Of a stretch of DNA of 64,000 nucleotides, positions 39,531 through 48,929 are shown in pieces. Where the stretch lies: contig OZ223497.1 in assembly GCA_965140785.1 (NCBI GenBank), positions 241,711 through 305,710 on the forward strand, written 5' to 3'. The number at the start of each line of letters is the position of its first letter. The stretch's first letter is position 1. A program made the position numbers and the translations under genes. The stretch comes from an uncultured Ruficoccus sp. (GTDB taxonomy: Bacteria; Verrucomicrobiota; Verrucomicrobiia; Opitutales; Cerasicoccaceae). The notes beneath the pieces were generated by a model. That model made no database searches and was not told where the DNA came from. It was given only the letters and a program-made list of their open reading frames with translations.

Positions 39531-41401
39531 CGCTCGCCCTCCTTTCTCTGGGCGGGTAAAGACTTGGCCGGGGCGATGACGAAGGACTGGTACTCGTGCC
39601 AGTCGATACTGCCGACGGTCTGCGGTGTGTCGCCGGTGTAGCGTTCCATGCTGGCGTAAATGTGGCCGGGCTGGACGTTCATGCGGTGGACTTTTGTACG
39701 GGTTTCATCGTCGAAGTGGCCGATGACCCTGGAAATGAATTCCTTTGCCTGCTCTTTTTTGACGGGCTTCAGGCGGGTGGGATTGCCGGTGGCGACGCCT
39801 TCGGCGCGATAGAAGGATTTCCCGTCGGCCCCCAGCAGGTAGAGGTCGGGACAAAAGCCCGGAAAGCTGGAAACCACATACAGACCGTCGTCGCGGGACT
39901 GAATCTCGAAGCCGGAGCGGGTGGGGCGGACGCTCGTCATGCTCAGGCCCTGAACGCGTCGGCTGCCGAACCAGCCCCCCCAGTAGGTGCCATCATGGAT
40001 GCCGTAGGTGCCTTCTATCTCCAGCGATGCCCAGCCCGACACGCGGCTGCCAAGCGGCACCGCCCAGATGTCTCCGGGGGTAAAGGTACGGGCGGGCAGG
40101 ACTCCGGTGAGTGCGTATTGCGACTCGATGAGGACTTCCTGGTTACTGCCGTCAGGGAGGATGAACAGGCGGGTGATCTGGCCTTCACCGCCTACGCCGT
40201 CGGCGAAAACAATAAAGATATAGATCGCCCCGGAAAAGACGAGCGCGATCAGCGGTGTCGTGAAAAGCAGGCGGTAACGCTTACGGCCACGGGAGAAGAC
40301 CCAGAGGTTGACGGGGCCGACGATGATGCCAAAGGCCAGCATCGTGATCAGCACGACCGGAAAGTTTATCCCTTTGGGCTCATAGTAAAACGAAACATCG
40401 ACGGGCGTGGCTTTCGTTGAGCCGGGCTCACTGACGGCCGTCAGGAAGGACTCGGTCAGCGTTCCCCTTTTCCGTGCCGACTTCATCCAGAAGTTCGCGC
40501 CGAGCTCATCGTAAACCTCAATAACTTTATCGGAGTACGACTGCTTATCGTTCATCTCAAGCGTTGATGAGATCTGCGAAGTATTGTACTGAAAAAGCTC
40601 TTCGTCGCTCAGGTAGGGGTACACGCGCACAACGCCGGCTCCATGGGCGATCAGGCCCGACCCGCTTCCGGGCAGGCCGCTGACGGCTTGCGTCGTCGGG
40701 GTTCCCTTGTCTTTGAGAATTCGCAGGTCTCCGCCCTGGGCCACCCATTCGAGGATCGGCCGTTGCTCGTCCGGGCGCAGTTTTTCCCAGTCCGATTGCT
40801 GAAACCAGAGCATGTCAACGCCGCTATAGCCGCGCCAGTCGCGGAGCAGGAAGCCGATCTCGGTATCATCGGAGAGTAAATTCGTGTTATTGTTTTCCAG
40901 ATAGTTCCTGATACGTCCGCTATACCGGAGTCGCAGCGAGTCCGAGCAGAGGCCGTAGATCGGGTTGCTATACGAGGTGTAGCCGGAATTAGAGATCCAG
41001 AACTCGCCTGCAGTCGAGGGGCCCTGGACGGAAACCTGGTAGCCGGAGCCGTAGGGACGGGTTTTGATCACCGGGCAGAGGACTTCAAAGCTCCGTTTCT
41101 CTCCGGCCGGGACGGTCAAGTCCTGCTGCCACTCAACATCGAAACTGCCACCGTAGTAACCGTAGTCATCGTATTTGGCGCTGATGGTCCAGGTCTTTTC
41201 ACTGTTTGAGCCGTTTGTGATCTCGACCTTGAGCGGGAAGTAGCCGTGCTGGACGAGGCCCATGAAGCACTCGGTCACCACCACATCGAGCTTGCTGCCG
41301 GCTCCCGTGGCTATTCTGTGTGGACTCCCCGCGCTGGCAGCGCTCAGGCCAGAGAGGCAGGCGAGCAACAGCAGGAGACGGACGGAAGAGGAAAGATTCA
41401 T
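39527..41401 (-). CDS. Exported/membrane protein of the MoxR operon, unknown function
   Basis: Signal peptide, LEWVAQGGDL segment, two internal TM helices (FGIIVGPVNLWV; LLFTTPLIALVF); ATGA overlaps on both sides. Confidence 0.75.
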   Translation of the reverse strand: MNLSSSVRLLLLLACLSGLSAASAGSPHRIATGAGSKLDVVVTECFMGLVQHGYFPLKVEITNGSNSEKTWTISAKYDDYGYYGGSFDVEWQQDLTVPAGEKRSFEVLCPVIKTRPYGSGYQVSVQGPSTAGEFWISNSGYTSYSNPIYGLCSDSLRLRYSGRIRNYLENNNTNLLSDDTEIGFLLRDWRGYSGVDMLWFQQSDWEKLRPDEQRPILEWVAQGGDLRILKDKGTPTTQAVSGLPGSGSGLIAHGAGVVRVYPYLSDEELFQYNTSQISSTLEMNDKQSYSDKVIEVYDELGANFWMKSARKRGTLTESFLTAVSEPGSTKATPVDVSFYYEPKGINFPVVLITMLAFGIIVGPVNLWVFSRGRKRYRLLFTTPLIALVFSGAIYIFIVFADGVGGEGQITRLFILPDGSNQEVLIESQYALTGVLPARTFTPGDIWAVPLGSRVSGWASLEIEGTYGIHDGTYWGGWFGSRRVQGLSMTSVRPTRSGFEIQSRDDGLYVVSSFPGFCPDLYLLGADGKSFYRAEGVATGNPTRLKPVKKEQAKEFISRVIGHFDDETRTKVHRMNVQPGHIYASMERYTGDTPQTVGSIDWHEYQSFVIAPAKSLPAQRKEGER

Positions 41402-42417
41402 GACAGCTTGGCGGCACTGAGCGACTTGGGCAGTTCCTTGACCTCGGGAGAGACCTCGTCCAGAAGCGCCTGGACCAGGGCCGCCGGGGTGTGGTTCTGC
41501 ATCTTGGCCTGATAGCTCAGAATGATGCGGTGTCCGAGGACGGCGGAGGCGACGGCCTGGACATCGTCCGTACTGGCGTGTGCGCGACCCATCAGTAGGG
41601 CGCGCGCGCGGGCTGCCGCTGCCAGGCCGATGGCCGCGCGGGGGCTGGCCCCGTAGCGCAGGTTCTTGGACATCTCCGAGTGGCCCGGTGCTGTGGCGTC
41701 CACCAGGCGGGCAATGTAAGAGCTGACCACGTCGGGCAGGTAAACCTGCTGCGCGAGCTGGCAGAGTTCGCTCAGGCGTGCGCCATCCATGACGGGCTCG
41801 ACGGTCGCCTCCTCGCCAATGGTACGGTTGGCGATGATCCGCTGGAGTGTGTCCACGTCGCTGTGGTGGACCTCCAGTTTAAACAGGAAGCGGTCCAGCT
41901 GTGCCTCCGGGAGCGGGTAGGTGCCCTCCAGCTCAATCGGGTTCTGGGTGGCAAAGACGAGGAAGGGCGTGGGCAGGGGGTGGGTTTCGCCCATCACCGT
42001 GACGCGCTTCTCCTGCATGGCTTCCAAGAGGGCGGATTGTGTCTTGGGGCTGGCGCGGTTGATTTCGTCCGCGAGCAGCAGGTTGGTGAAGACCGGGCCG
42101 GGTTCAAAAACAAACTTTCGCTGGCCGTCCACTTCCTGAAGCATCGGGTTTCCGGTGATGTCGCCGGGCAGCAGGTCCGGCGTGAACTGGATGCGGCTGG
42201 TCTGGATTTGAAGCGCCTTGGAGAAAGCCTTTACCAGCTCGGTCTTACCGAGGCCGGGGAGCCCCTCCAGCAGGATATGCCCACGGGCGAGCATGGCCAC
42301 GGTCACATGCTCAATCAGGCGATCCTGCCCGAAAATAACACCGGCTACCGCCTCGCGGAGGGTTTTGAGTTCGTCAGCCAGCCGCGCGGCCTGGGCTTCA
42401 TCGATGGGGAGTGTCAT
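41398..42417 (-). CDS. moxR: MoxR-family AAA+ ATPase
   Basis: GLPGLGKT, RIQFTPDLLPGDITG, LADEINRASPKTQSALLEAMQE, TQNPIELEGTYPLPEAQLDRF. Confidence 0.95.
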   Translation of the reverse strand: MTLPIDEAQAARLADELKTLREAVAGVIFGQDRLIEHVTVAMLARGHILLEGLPGLGKTELVKAFSKALQIQTSRIQFTPDLLPGDITGNPMLQEVDGQRKFVFEPGPVFTNLLLADEINRASPKTQSALLEAMQEKRVTVMGETHPLPTPFLVFATQNPIELEGTYPLPEAQLDRFLFKLEVHHSDVDTLQRIIANRTIGEEATVEPVMDGARLSELCQLAQQVYLPDVVSSYIARLVDATAPGHSEMSKNLRYGASPRAAIGLAAAARARALLMGRAHASTDDVQAVASAVLGHRIILSYQAKMQNHTPAALVQALLDEVSPEVKELPKSLSAAKLS

Positions 42418-42483
42418 AAAACGGTAAAAACGGCGTTAGGGTAAGCAGGGAGATGCTTTTTAATATCACGAAAATGGGAATGT

Positions 42484-43785
42484 TTACTGGAAATAATCTT
42501 CTAATATGGCCCGCTCCCGCGGAGTGTACGACTCGCGCCAGACGACATCGCCGCCCGCGCCGAGCTCCGCCGCGTTTTCCACGCTGACGCCGGCCTCAAA
42601 GGTGTCGGCCTGCTCATCGTTACCGGGCCGGGATGAGATACCGACCGTTTCGCCCATCACGGCGTTACGCAGATCCTTGTTGGAAACGCCCTCATACGCC
42701 CCGGTTGCCAAATCCGTACCCTCGTCCAGCATGACCAACGGAGCGGGACCGGGCCCCCGCTGGATGTCGCCGGCTGCCATTTGCTGCGTTTTGATTTTAA
42801 CGGCCTGGAGATCGAGTTCACTCAGGCCGGAGGCTCCGCTGCATTGGCCTGCGCTCTGCTGGAGCCGCTTCTGGAGCTCTTTCATCTGCTGCGGGCTGAG
42901 GCTGTTCATCTGCGAAAAGCTCATGGATTGGAGTTGCTTGAGCATTTTCGGGTCGAGGGCGGGCTGGCTCATCTGGAGTTTTTGCAATTGCTGCTGCCAG
43001 GCCTCGTCGAGCTGTTCCACACTTGCGCTGTTGAGGGTCGGGGCTGCCTGCTGCCTGGACATTTCCTCCAGAAAGGTGCTGGTGGACTGAAGCTGGCGGG
43101 CCAGCTCCTGCATGGCCAGGCGAGTCTCATCGCGCAGCGCCTCTCCGGCCTCCAGCGAGCCCTGCGAGTACCATTCTTCCTTCGGTTGCTCGCGCAGCTC
43201 GCTTAATTGTTCCTCCAGCTTTTCCACCTCTTCGGCTGCCACGATACGCTCTTCCTTGAGCAGATCGGCCCAATCGGCAACCTGCGTCCAAGCCGAGGGC
43301 TCGATGGAGTCTCCGGAGACAGGCTTGGCCTGAGTGCTCTGAATGGGTAACCATAAGCCGGCCAGGACAAAAGCTGCCGAATACACCAGTGGCAAAACCG
43401 CCACGTGCGGTCTGAGGCCGATGACCCTGCCGCGGTAAGCCTGTGGACTGGGCCACTCCAGTGTACCCGCGTAGGCGCAACTGAGCCGGTTTTGCAGGCC
43501 GAGGGCGGTTTCGATGCGCAGGAGTGCGTCCGGCAGGGTGTAAGCCGTGCCGCGTGCGCGCCATAACGTCCAGCCCAAGGCGAGCCCGGTGACAGCGAGG
43601 TACCACGGAAAAAGGCTCAAAGCACTCTCTCCGCCGCGGCGTACGATCAGGATGGCGGCCGTGAATATCAGGTTTATCCCGACAAAGAGTGGCGTGAAGC
43701 GTTGCCAGAACCACGCGACGTTTACGACAAACGTCAGCCAGCGCGCGCGCTTCAACCAGAACGATGGCGATTCCTGGGGTGGCAT
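42484..43785 (-). CDS. Membrane protein with Gln-rich coiled-coil C-terminal region
   Basis: Three N-terminal hydrophobic segments, long Q/E/L-rich helical region, C-terminal ERAILEDYFQ. Confidence 0.72.
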   Translation of the reverse strand: MPPQESPSFWLKRARWLTFVVNVAWFWQRFTPLFVGINLIFTAAILIVRRGGESALSLFPWYLAVTGLALGWTLWRARGTAYTLPDALLRIETALGLQNRLSCAYAGTLEWPSPQAYRGRVIGLRPHVAVLPLVYSAAFVLAGLWLPIQSTQAKPVSGDSIEPSAWTQVADWADLLKEERIVAAEEVEKLEEQLSELREQPKEEWYSQGSLEAGEALRDETRLAMQELARQLQSTSTFLEEMSRQQAAPTLNSASVEQLDEAWQQQLQKLQMSQPALDPKMLKQLQSMSFSQMNSLSPQQMKELQKRLQQSAGQCSGASGLSELDLQAVKIKTQQMAAGDIQRGPGPAPLVMLDEGTDLATGAYEGVSNKDLRNAVMGETVGISSRPGNDEQADTFEAGVSVENAAELGAGGDVVWRESYTPRERAILEDYFQ

Positions 43786-43908
43786 AACAGGGGAGTGTTA
43801 CTGTTAATTATCACCACTCAACACAAAAGAGGGACAAAGCGTTCTCTGCCTGCGGTTTTCTCGCTCCGATAAAGACGCCGTACTCCGCTCAAAATGTGGG
43901 ATCCGGGC

Positions 43909-43940
43909 AAAAAAAAGCTCTCCATGACGGAGAGCTAAAA
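43909..43940 (-). terminator. Intrinsic terminator downstream of tRNA-Ala
   Basis: AGCTCTCC-ATGAC-GGAGAGCT hairpin followed by a T-run on the minus strand. Confidence 0.8.
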
Positions 43941-43945
43941 GTGAA

Positions 43946-44021
43946 TGGTGGAGCCGATCGGGATCGAACCGACGACCTCTTGCATGCCATGCAAGCGCTC
44001 TTCCAACTGAGCTACGGCCCC
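43946..44021 (-). tRNA. tRNA-Ala (GGC)
   Basis: Minus strand GGGGCCGTAGCTCAGTTGGAAGAGCGCTTGCATGGCATGCAAGAGGTCGTCGGTTCGATCCCGATCGGCTCCACCA; 76 nt, anticodon GGC, G3:U70, encoded CCA. Confidence 0.98.
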
Positions 44022-44279
44022 ATCAGGGAAAGCGGATAAGCAAATCATCCGTGCGGGGGTAGTCAACCCTTTATCGGCAACTTTTTCAGGAAAATTTGCG
44101 GCGCGTGTGAACCGTCCATCGCTGGTGGGTGGAGAGGTCGAAAACTGGAAGATGGGAGGAACAAGCGGCTCACGGATTCGGCTGGGGAAATGGTACAGGA
44201 AATCCGTGGTTAAGGGGCCGATGGGAAGCCGGCAGAGCTGTCTGCTCCCCTTGATTGAGTGGCGTGCGTCTCCCCGGAA

Positions 44280-44899
44280 TCAGCCGAGGGCGGTCTTGAT
44301 GAGGGCCTCGGTGGTAGCGTCGGGGCCGAGCTTGTCCTGGGCCTTACGCAGGGCCTTGTCGGCTTCGGGCGGCTTATAGCCGAGCGTGACCAGGGCGGAG
44401 AGGGCGTCTTGGAAGGCCGAGCCGGCGGGGCTGCCGGTGCCGCTGACGCCGGAAGCAGAAGCGCTGGCCGAGCCCGCGGCAGGGACTCCGCCGGGGAAGA
44501 CTTTGTCCCGCAACTCGATGACGAGACGTTCGGCGGTTTTTTTTGCCGATACCCTGGCATTTGGAGAGCAGGACGACGTCGGAATGGGCGATGGCGGGTG
44601 CGGAGGCTTTCGACTGACATACGGCTCATGATGTTGAGCGCGATTTTCGGGCCGATGCCGGAAACTTTCTCGACCAGCAAGCGGAAGAAGTCGCGGTCCT
44701 CGCGGGTGGCGAAACCATAGAGCGTCTGTGAGTCCTCGCGGTACACGGCCAGCGTGTGCAGGCGGGCTGTCTGGCCGATGCCGGGCAGTTTCTCCGCCGT
44801 GGTGACGGGGATGAAGACCTCGTAGCCGATGCCGTTGGCTTCGATCACGGCGGAGAGCGGGGCGGCTTCGATGAGTTTACCTTCGAGCGAGACGATCAT
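44280..44899 (-). CDS. ruvA: Holliday junction branch migration protein RuvA, apparently frameshifted
   Basis: MIVSLEGKL, GIGYEV, REDSQTLYGF, VSGIGPKIAL. Removing one base at 44596-44598 and one at 44537-44544 restores [32 protein letters not shown] through to ALSALVTLGY...LIKTALG*. Confidence 0.9.
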
Positions 44900-45066
44900 G
44901 GAGAGAACGAATAGTAAAAACCGCCAAGAGGCAAAGATACAAAGGCGAGAAATTTTTTGAGGATGAAAGCTGGTTTCGCGGCTCGCCCATCTCGGGTAAG
45001 TTGCACAGTCTATGTGCGAAACACTTACCGGACGATTTTTAGGGATTCTCTTCCATACCTCTATCC

Positions 45067-45468
45067 ATGAAACACTACGGTTCCTGCCTCTGCCAGTCGG
45101 TCAAGTTTGAGATCGAGGGCGACTTCGAAAAGTTTTTCCTGTGTCACTGTGAGCATTGCCGCAAGGACACGGGGTCAGCCCACGCGGCCAACCTGTTCAC
45201 GACTGTGGCCACGCTGACCTGGCTGGCCGGGGAGGAGGTATGCCGTACGTACACCTTGCCCGGATCTTCCCATCAGCGGAGTTTCTGCGCAAATTGCGGT
45301 TCGGCGCTGCCCAGTGTGCAGGACGAAGGCCGACGGCTGGTCGTGCCTGCCGGAAGCCTGGACACGGACGTGCCGGTTCGCCCCGATGCGCACATTTGTC
45401 TGGCCGACCGTGCAAACTGGGACCACGCCCTCGATGAGGTTGCCCGGCTCGACGATCTGCCGTCGTAG
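45067..45468 (+). CDS. GFA (CENP-V/glutathione-dependent formaldehyde-activating) family protein
   Basis: GSCLC, CHCEHCRK, FCANCGS zinc motifs. Confidence 0.92.
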   Translation: MKHYGSCLCQSVKFEIEGDFEKFFLCHCEHCRKDTGSAHAANLFTTVATLTWLAGEEVCRTYTLPGSSHQRSFCANCGSALPSVQDEGRRLVVPAGSLDTDVPVRPDAHICLADRANWDHALDEVARLDDLPS

Positions 45469-45840
45469 CAGCTTGGGCCGCTTAAACAAAGACTCGACGA
45501 GGTGAAAACGGGGGGAGGTTATCGCCGTTGCGAAAACGCTCAGGAATCTGTCTTTTTCTTTTTAAGGCGTTGTCTGCTCACGAAATAAGGGAACAGGGGA
45601 AAAGTTAAAAATACGGCTAAAAACAAGGCGTCGACTCCTGGCGTCGCCCGTTTGTTTTGATGAGGACATAAACGGCCATCACGATGAAGGGCGAGCCCGC
45701 GATAAGATAAGCTGACGCGAGTTGTTTCATCTGTTAAAGCGCTGCACAACGGCTGCAATCTTTCGTACGGTCACGCTCGGGGTAGCGGCCTTTCTGGCCG
45801 CGTAGGGGCGAAGCCCCTCTATGCCAGCGGGTGCAACCCG

Positions 45841-46572
45841 TCAGTCGCGCAGGCCGAGGACGTCTTCGGCGCGGTAAAGGCCGGGCGGTTTGCCGAGGAC
45901 CCAGTGGGCGGCACGGAGGGCGCCCTGGGCGAAGATACGGCGGTCGGAGGCCTTGTGCGTGAGCTCAATACGCTCACCGGGACCGGCGAACATCACCGTG
46001 TGGTCACCGACGACATCGCCGCCGCGCAGGGCGTGGACGCCGATTTCATCGTCAGGGCGCTCGCCGACGATGCCGTGGCGGCCGTGCATCTCCTGTTCGG
46101 GAGTGAGGCTGCGGGCTTCACGGAGGATTTCCAGCAGGTGCTCGGCGGTGCCGCTGGGGGCATCCTTTTTGTGGCAGTGGTGCATCTCGATCAGCTCGGG
46201 ATGGTACTCGCGGCCAAGTATCTTGGCGGCCTTACCGACGAGGTAAAAGAGCAGGTTGACGCCGGTGGAGAAGTTGCCGGCCCAGACCATGGGGATCTGT
46301 GCGGTGTATTCGGCGACGGCCTCCTTTTCCTCGGGGGTGTGGCCGGTGGTGCCGATGACGAGCGGCTTGCCGTGCTCGGCGCAGAGCTTGGCCAGCGGCG
46401 CGGTGGCTTCGTGGAAGCTGAAGTCGATGACGACTTCGCATTCTTTGAGGCCGGGCACAGCGTCGTCGTCCATATCGACGGCAGCGACGATTTCAATTTC
46501 TTCGGCGGCGGCAATGGCCTGGATGGCTTGCCCCATGCGCCCGCGGGCGCCGTTGAGGAGGATTTTGACCAT
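45841..46572 (-). CDS. dapB: 4-hydroxy-tetrahydrodipicolinate reductase
   Basis: GARGRMG, VIGTTG, EMHHCHKKDAPSGTA, RGGDVVGDH. Confidence 0.97.
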   Translation of the reverse strand: MVKILLNGARGRMGQAIQAIAAAEEIEIVAAVDMDDDAVPGLKECEVVIDFSFHEATAPLAKLCAEHGKPLVIGTTGHTPEEKEAVAEYTAQIPMVWAGNFSTGVNLLFYLVGKAAKILGREYHPELIEMHHCHKKDAPSGTAEHLLEILREARSLTPEQEMHGRHGIVGERPDDEIGVHALRGGDVVGDHTVMFAGPGERIELTHKASDRRIFAQGALRAAHWVLGKPPGLYRAEDVLGLRD

Positions 46573-46636
46573 GGGAGAGTGACTGAATGGTTAGAGAGTT
46601 AAATGGCTAAATGGTCGGAGGGAAGTGACGGCTGGC

Positions 46637-47530
46637 TCAGAGGCCGCGCACGTCGAGAACCTCGTCCAGGATGGCCTTGGAGGCGTCGGTCATTTCGCAC
46701 AGCGGCAGGCGCACCTCGGGCGAGCTGATGAGCCCGGCCCGGTGCATGGCATACTTGATGGGCACGGGGTTGGGCTCGATGAAGATCGTCTTGAAGAGAT
46801 TGAAAAACATGCGGGAGAGGCGTTCGGCCCGCGCGTACTCATCCTCCAGGGCTAGCTTGACCATGTGAACCATCTCGGAAGGGATGAGGTTGGAGGCGAC
46901 GCTGATCACGCCCTTGGCTCCGAAGCTCATAAAGGGCAGGGTGAGCGAGTCGTCCCCGGAAAGGATAAGGTAATCGGGCCCGAGCTTCTGGACGAGTTCG
47001 GCCACGCGTTCGCTGGAGCCGCCGGCTTCCTTGATGCCGCAGATGTTCGGATGGGCCTCGTAAAGCCGGGCGCAGGTGTCCACCCCGATGGAGATGCCGC
47101 AGCGACTCGGGATAGAGTAGAGGATGATGGGCTTATCGGTGGCAGCGGCGACCGCGCTGAAGTGCCGGAAGAGCCCTTCCTGGCTGGGCTTGTTGTAGTA
47201 GGGGGCGACCTGGAGCATCCCGGTCACGCCCTCGACGGCGTCGGCCCCGCGGGTCAGCTCGACGGCCTCGGCGGTGGAGTTGGAGCCGGTTCCGGCGAGC
47301 ACAGGGACCTTGCTTCCGGCCTGGGCCGCGATGCAGCGGATGACCTCGGCGTGCTCCTGGTGGTCGAGCGTGGGGGACTCTCCGGTGGTGCCGACGGCCA
47401 CCAGGCCGTTGATCCCGCCTTCGAGCTGAGAGGCGACGAGGCGTTCCAGATCGTCATAGGCGACCTGGCCCCCGCGCATGGGGGTGACCAGAGCGGTGTG
47501 AACGCCGTAGAATTGAGTTGTGTTCATCAT
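46637..47530 (-). CDS. dapA: 4-hydroxy-tetrahydrodipicolinate synthase
   Basis: GTTGESPTL, PYYNKP, GIKEA, SGDD, EPNPVPIK; adjacent to dapB. Confidence 0.97.
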   Translation of the reverse strand: MMNTTQFYGVHTALVTPMRGGQVAYDDLERLVASQLEGGINGLVAVGTTGESPTLDHQEHAEVIRCIAAQAGSKVPVLAGTGSNSTAEAVELTRGADAVEGVTGMLQVAPYYNKPSQEGLFRHFSAVAAATDKPIILYSIPSRCGISIGVDTCARLYEAHPNICGIKEAGGSSERVAELVQKLGPDYLILSGDDSLTLPFMSFGAKGVISVASNLIPSEMVHMVKLALEDEYARAERLSRMFFNLFKTIFIEPNPVPIKYAMHRAGLISSPEVRLPLCEMTDASKAILDEVLDVRGL

Positions 47531-47635
47531 CGGGAAAAATAGGATCGACCGGCAAGATAGCTGCCCCGGCCTTTTGCCGCAACAACTTGCGTCAAAGGCA
47601 GGTGTATGACAACGGGAAAATCACCGAGTCAGCCG

Positions 47636-48745
47636 ATGTCCGTAATCATTGAAACTTTTAACAGCTTGTTGCAGTTGGCGGTGGAAAACGCGGCCAGCGA
47701 CATCCACATCAAGTCCTTCAAACCCGCGCATCTGCGCCTGCATGGCAAGCTCGAAGTGGTCGATATGGACCCGCTGACCCCGGAGCAGATTCAGGAGTTT
47801 CTGGAGACGGCGATGCCCGCCTCTTTTTACGACGACTGGAAGCAGAACGGGCAGATCGACTTCTCCTATGACCTGAACGAGATCGGGCTGGGACGCTTCC
47901 GCGTGAACGGCTTTTACCAACGCGGCACGCCGAGCATTGTCTTCCGCCACGTTAAGGACACGCCGCCGACCTTTGCAGACCTCAACCATGAACCGGAGGT
48001 TTTTAAGCAACTGGTCTCCGCCAAGGACGGGATCGTGCTCATCTGCGGACCGACCGGCTCGGGGAAGAGCTCCACTCTGGCGGCGATGCTTGAGTACATT
48101 AACGAGAATTTCGAGCGCCACATTGTCACGCTGGAGGACCCGATCGAGTTCAATTACACGGACAACAGGTCGATCTTCAATCAGCGTGAAATCGGGCTGG
48201 ACGCGCCGGATTTCGAACTCGGGCTCAAGGCCGTGCTGCGGCAGGACCCGGACATCATCCTGATCGGGGAAATGCGCGACCGGGCGACCTTTGAGACGGC
48301 CCTGCACGCCTCGGAGACCGGGCATCTGGTCTTTGGCACGGTCCACGCCCCCAGCGCGCAGCAGGCCGTGCAGCGCCTGTTCGAGTTTTTCCCGGCCGAG
48401 CAGCAGGAGAGCATGCGTCGCCAGATCGCGATTGGACTGCGGGCGACGATCACTCAGCGCCTCCTGCCCAAGCTCGAGGGCGAGGGTCGGGTACCGGCAG
48501 TGGAGATTTTCGTGGTGGACTCTCTCGGACGCAAGGTGATCGAGGAGGGCGAGTTTCAAAAAATCCCAGCCGTAATCGAGGCGGGGCAGGAGGTTGGCTC
48601 CAAGTCCTTCAATCAGGACCTGTACCGGCTGGTCAAGGCCGGGGCCGTGGGCAAGCAGGACGCGCTGGCCCATTCGCCGAACCCCAAGGCGCTGGAAATG
48701 AACCTCAAGGGCATCTTCCTCAGCCAGGGCGGCATCGTCGGATAG
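47636..48745 (+). CDS. PilT/PilU-family type IV pilus retraction ATPase
   Basis: ASDIH, GPTGSGKSST, TLEDPIE, LRQDPDIILIGEMRD, ETGHLVFGTVH (ORF open from 47606). Confidence 0.92.
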   Translation: MSVIIETFNSLLQLAVENAASDIHIKSFKPAHLRLHGKLEVVDMDPLTPEQIQEFLETAMPASFYDDWKQNGQIDFSYDLNEIGLGRFRVNGFYQRGTPSIVFRHVKDTPPTFADLNHEPEVFKQLVSAKDGIVLICGPTGSGKSSTLAAMLEYINENFERHIVTLEDPIEFNYTDNRSIFNQREIGLDAPDFELGLKAVLRQDPDIILIGEMRDRATFETALHASETGHLVFGTVHAPSAQQAVQRLFEFFPAEQQESMRRQIAIGLRATITQRLLPKLEGEGRVPAVEIFVVDSLGRKVIEEGEFQKIPAVIEAGQEVGSKSFNQDLYRLVKAGAVGKQDALAHSPNPKALEMNLKGIFLSQGGIVG

Positions 48746-48929
48746 AGCAGAGCACGCCCTGCGCCCTGGATGTCATTTTCCTGGAAATGCCATGGGCAGA
48801 GGGAACGATCCGTTGATGCTGGGATTGGTAAATTCCTGTATTTGGTAAAGTGGGGAGAAGGTGCTCGGAGGGGCTGAGCGGTTTTTCCTTTTCCTTTTTC
48901 GAATCTACGAATTTAGGAATCTACGCGTT

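Noticed and set aside
1..43946. tRNA-Ala-anchored genomic island covering the accessory region
   Set aside because: No integrase seen and no convincing duplicate of the tRNA 3' end; the 9-bp TGGTGGAGC near 12269 is expected by chance.
47636..48745. Specific assignment as pilT versus pilU
   Set aside because: The AIRNLIRE motif typical of PilT is not conserved (LGRKVIEE), so only the family is called.
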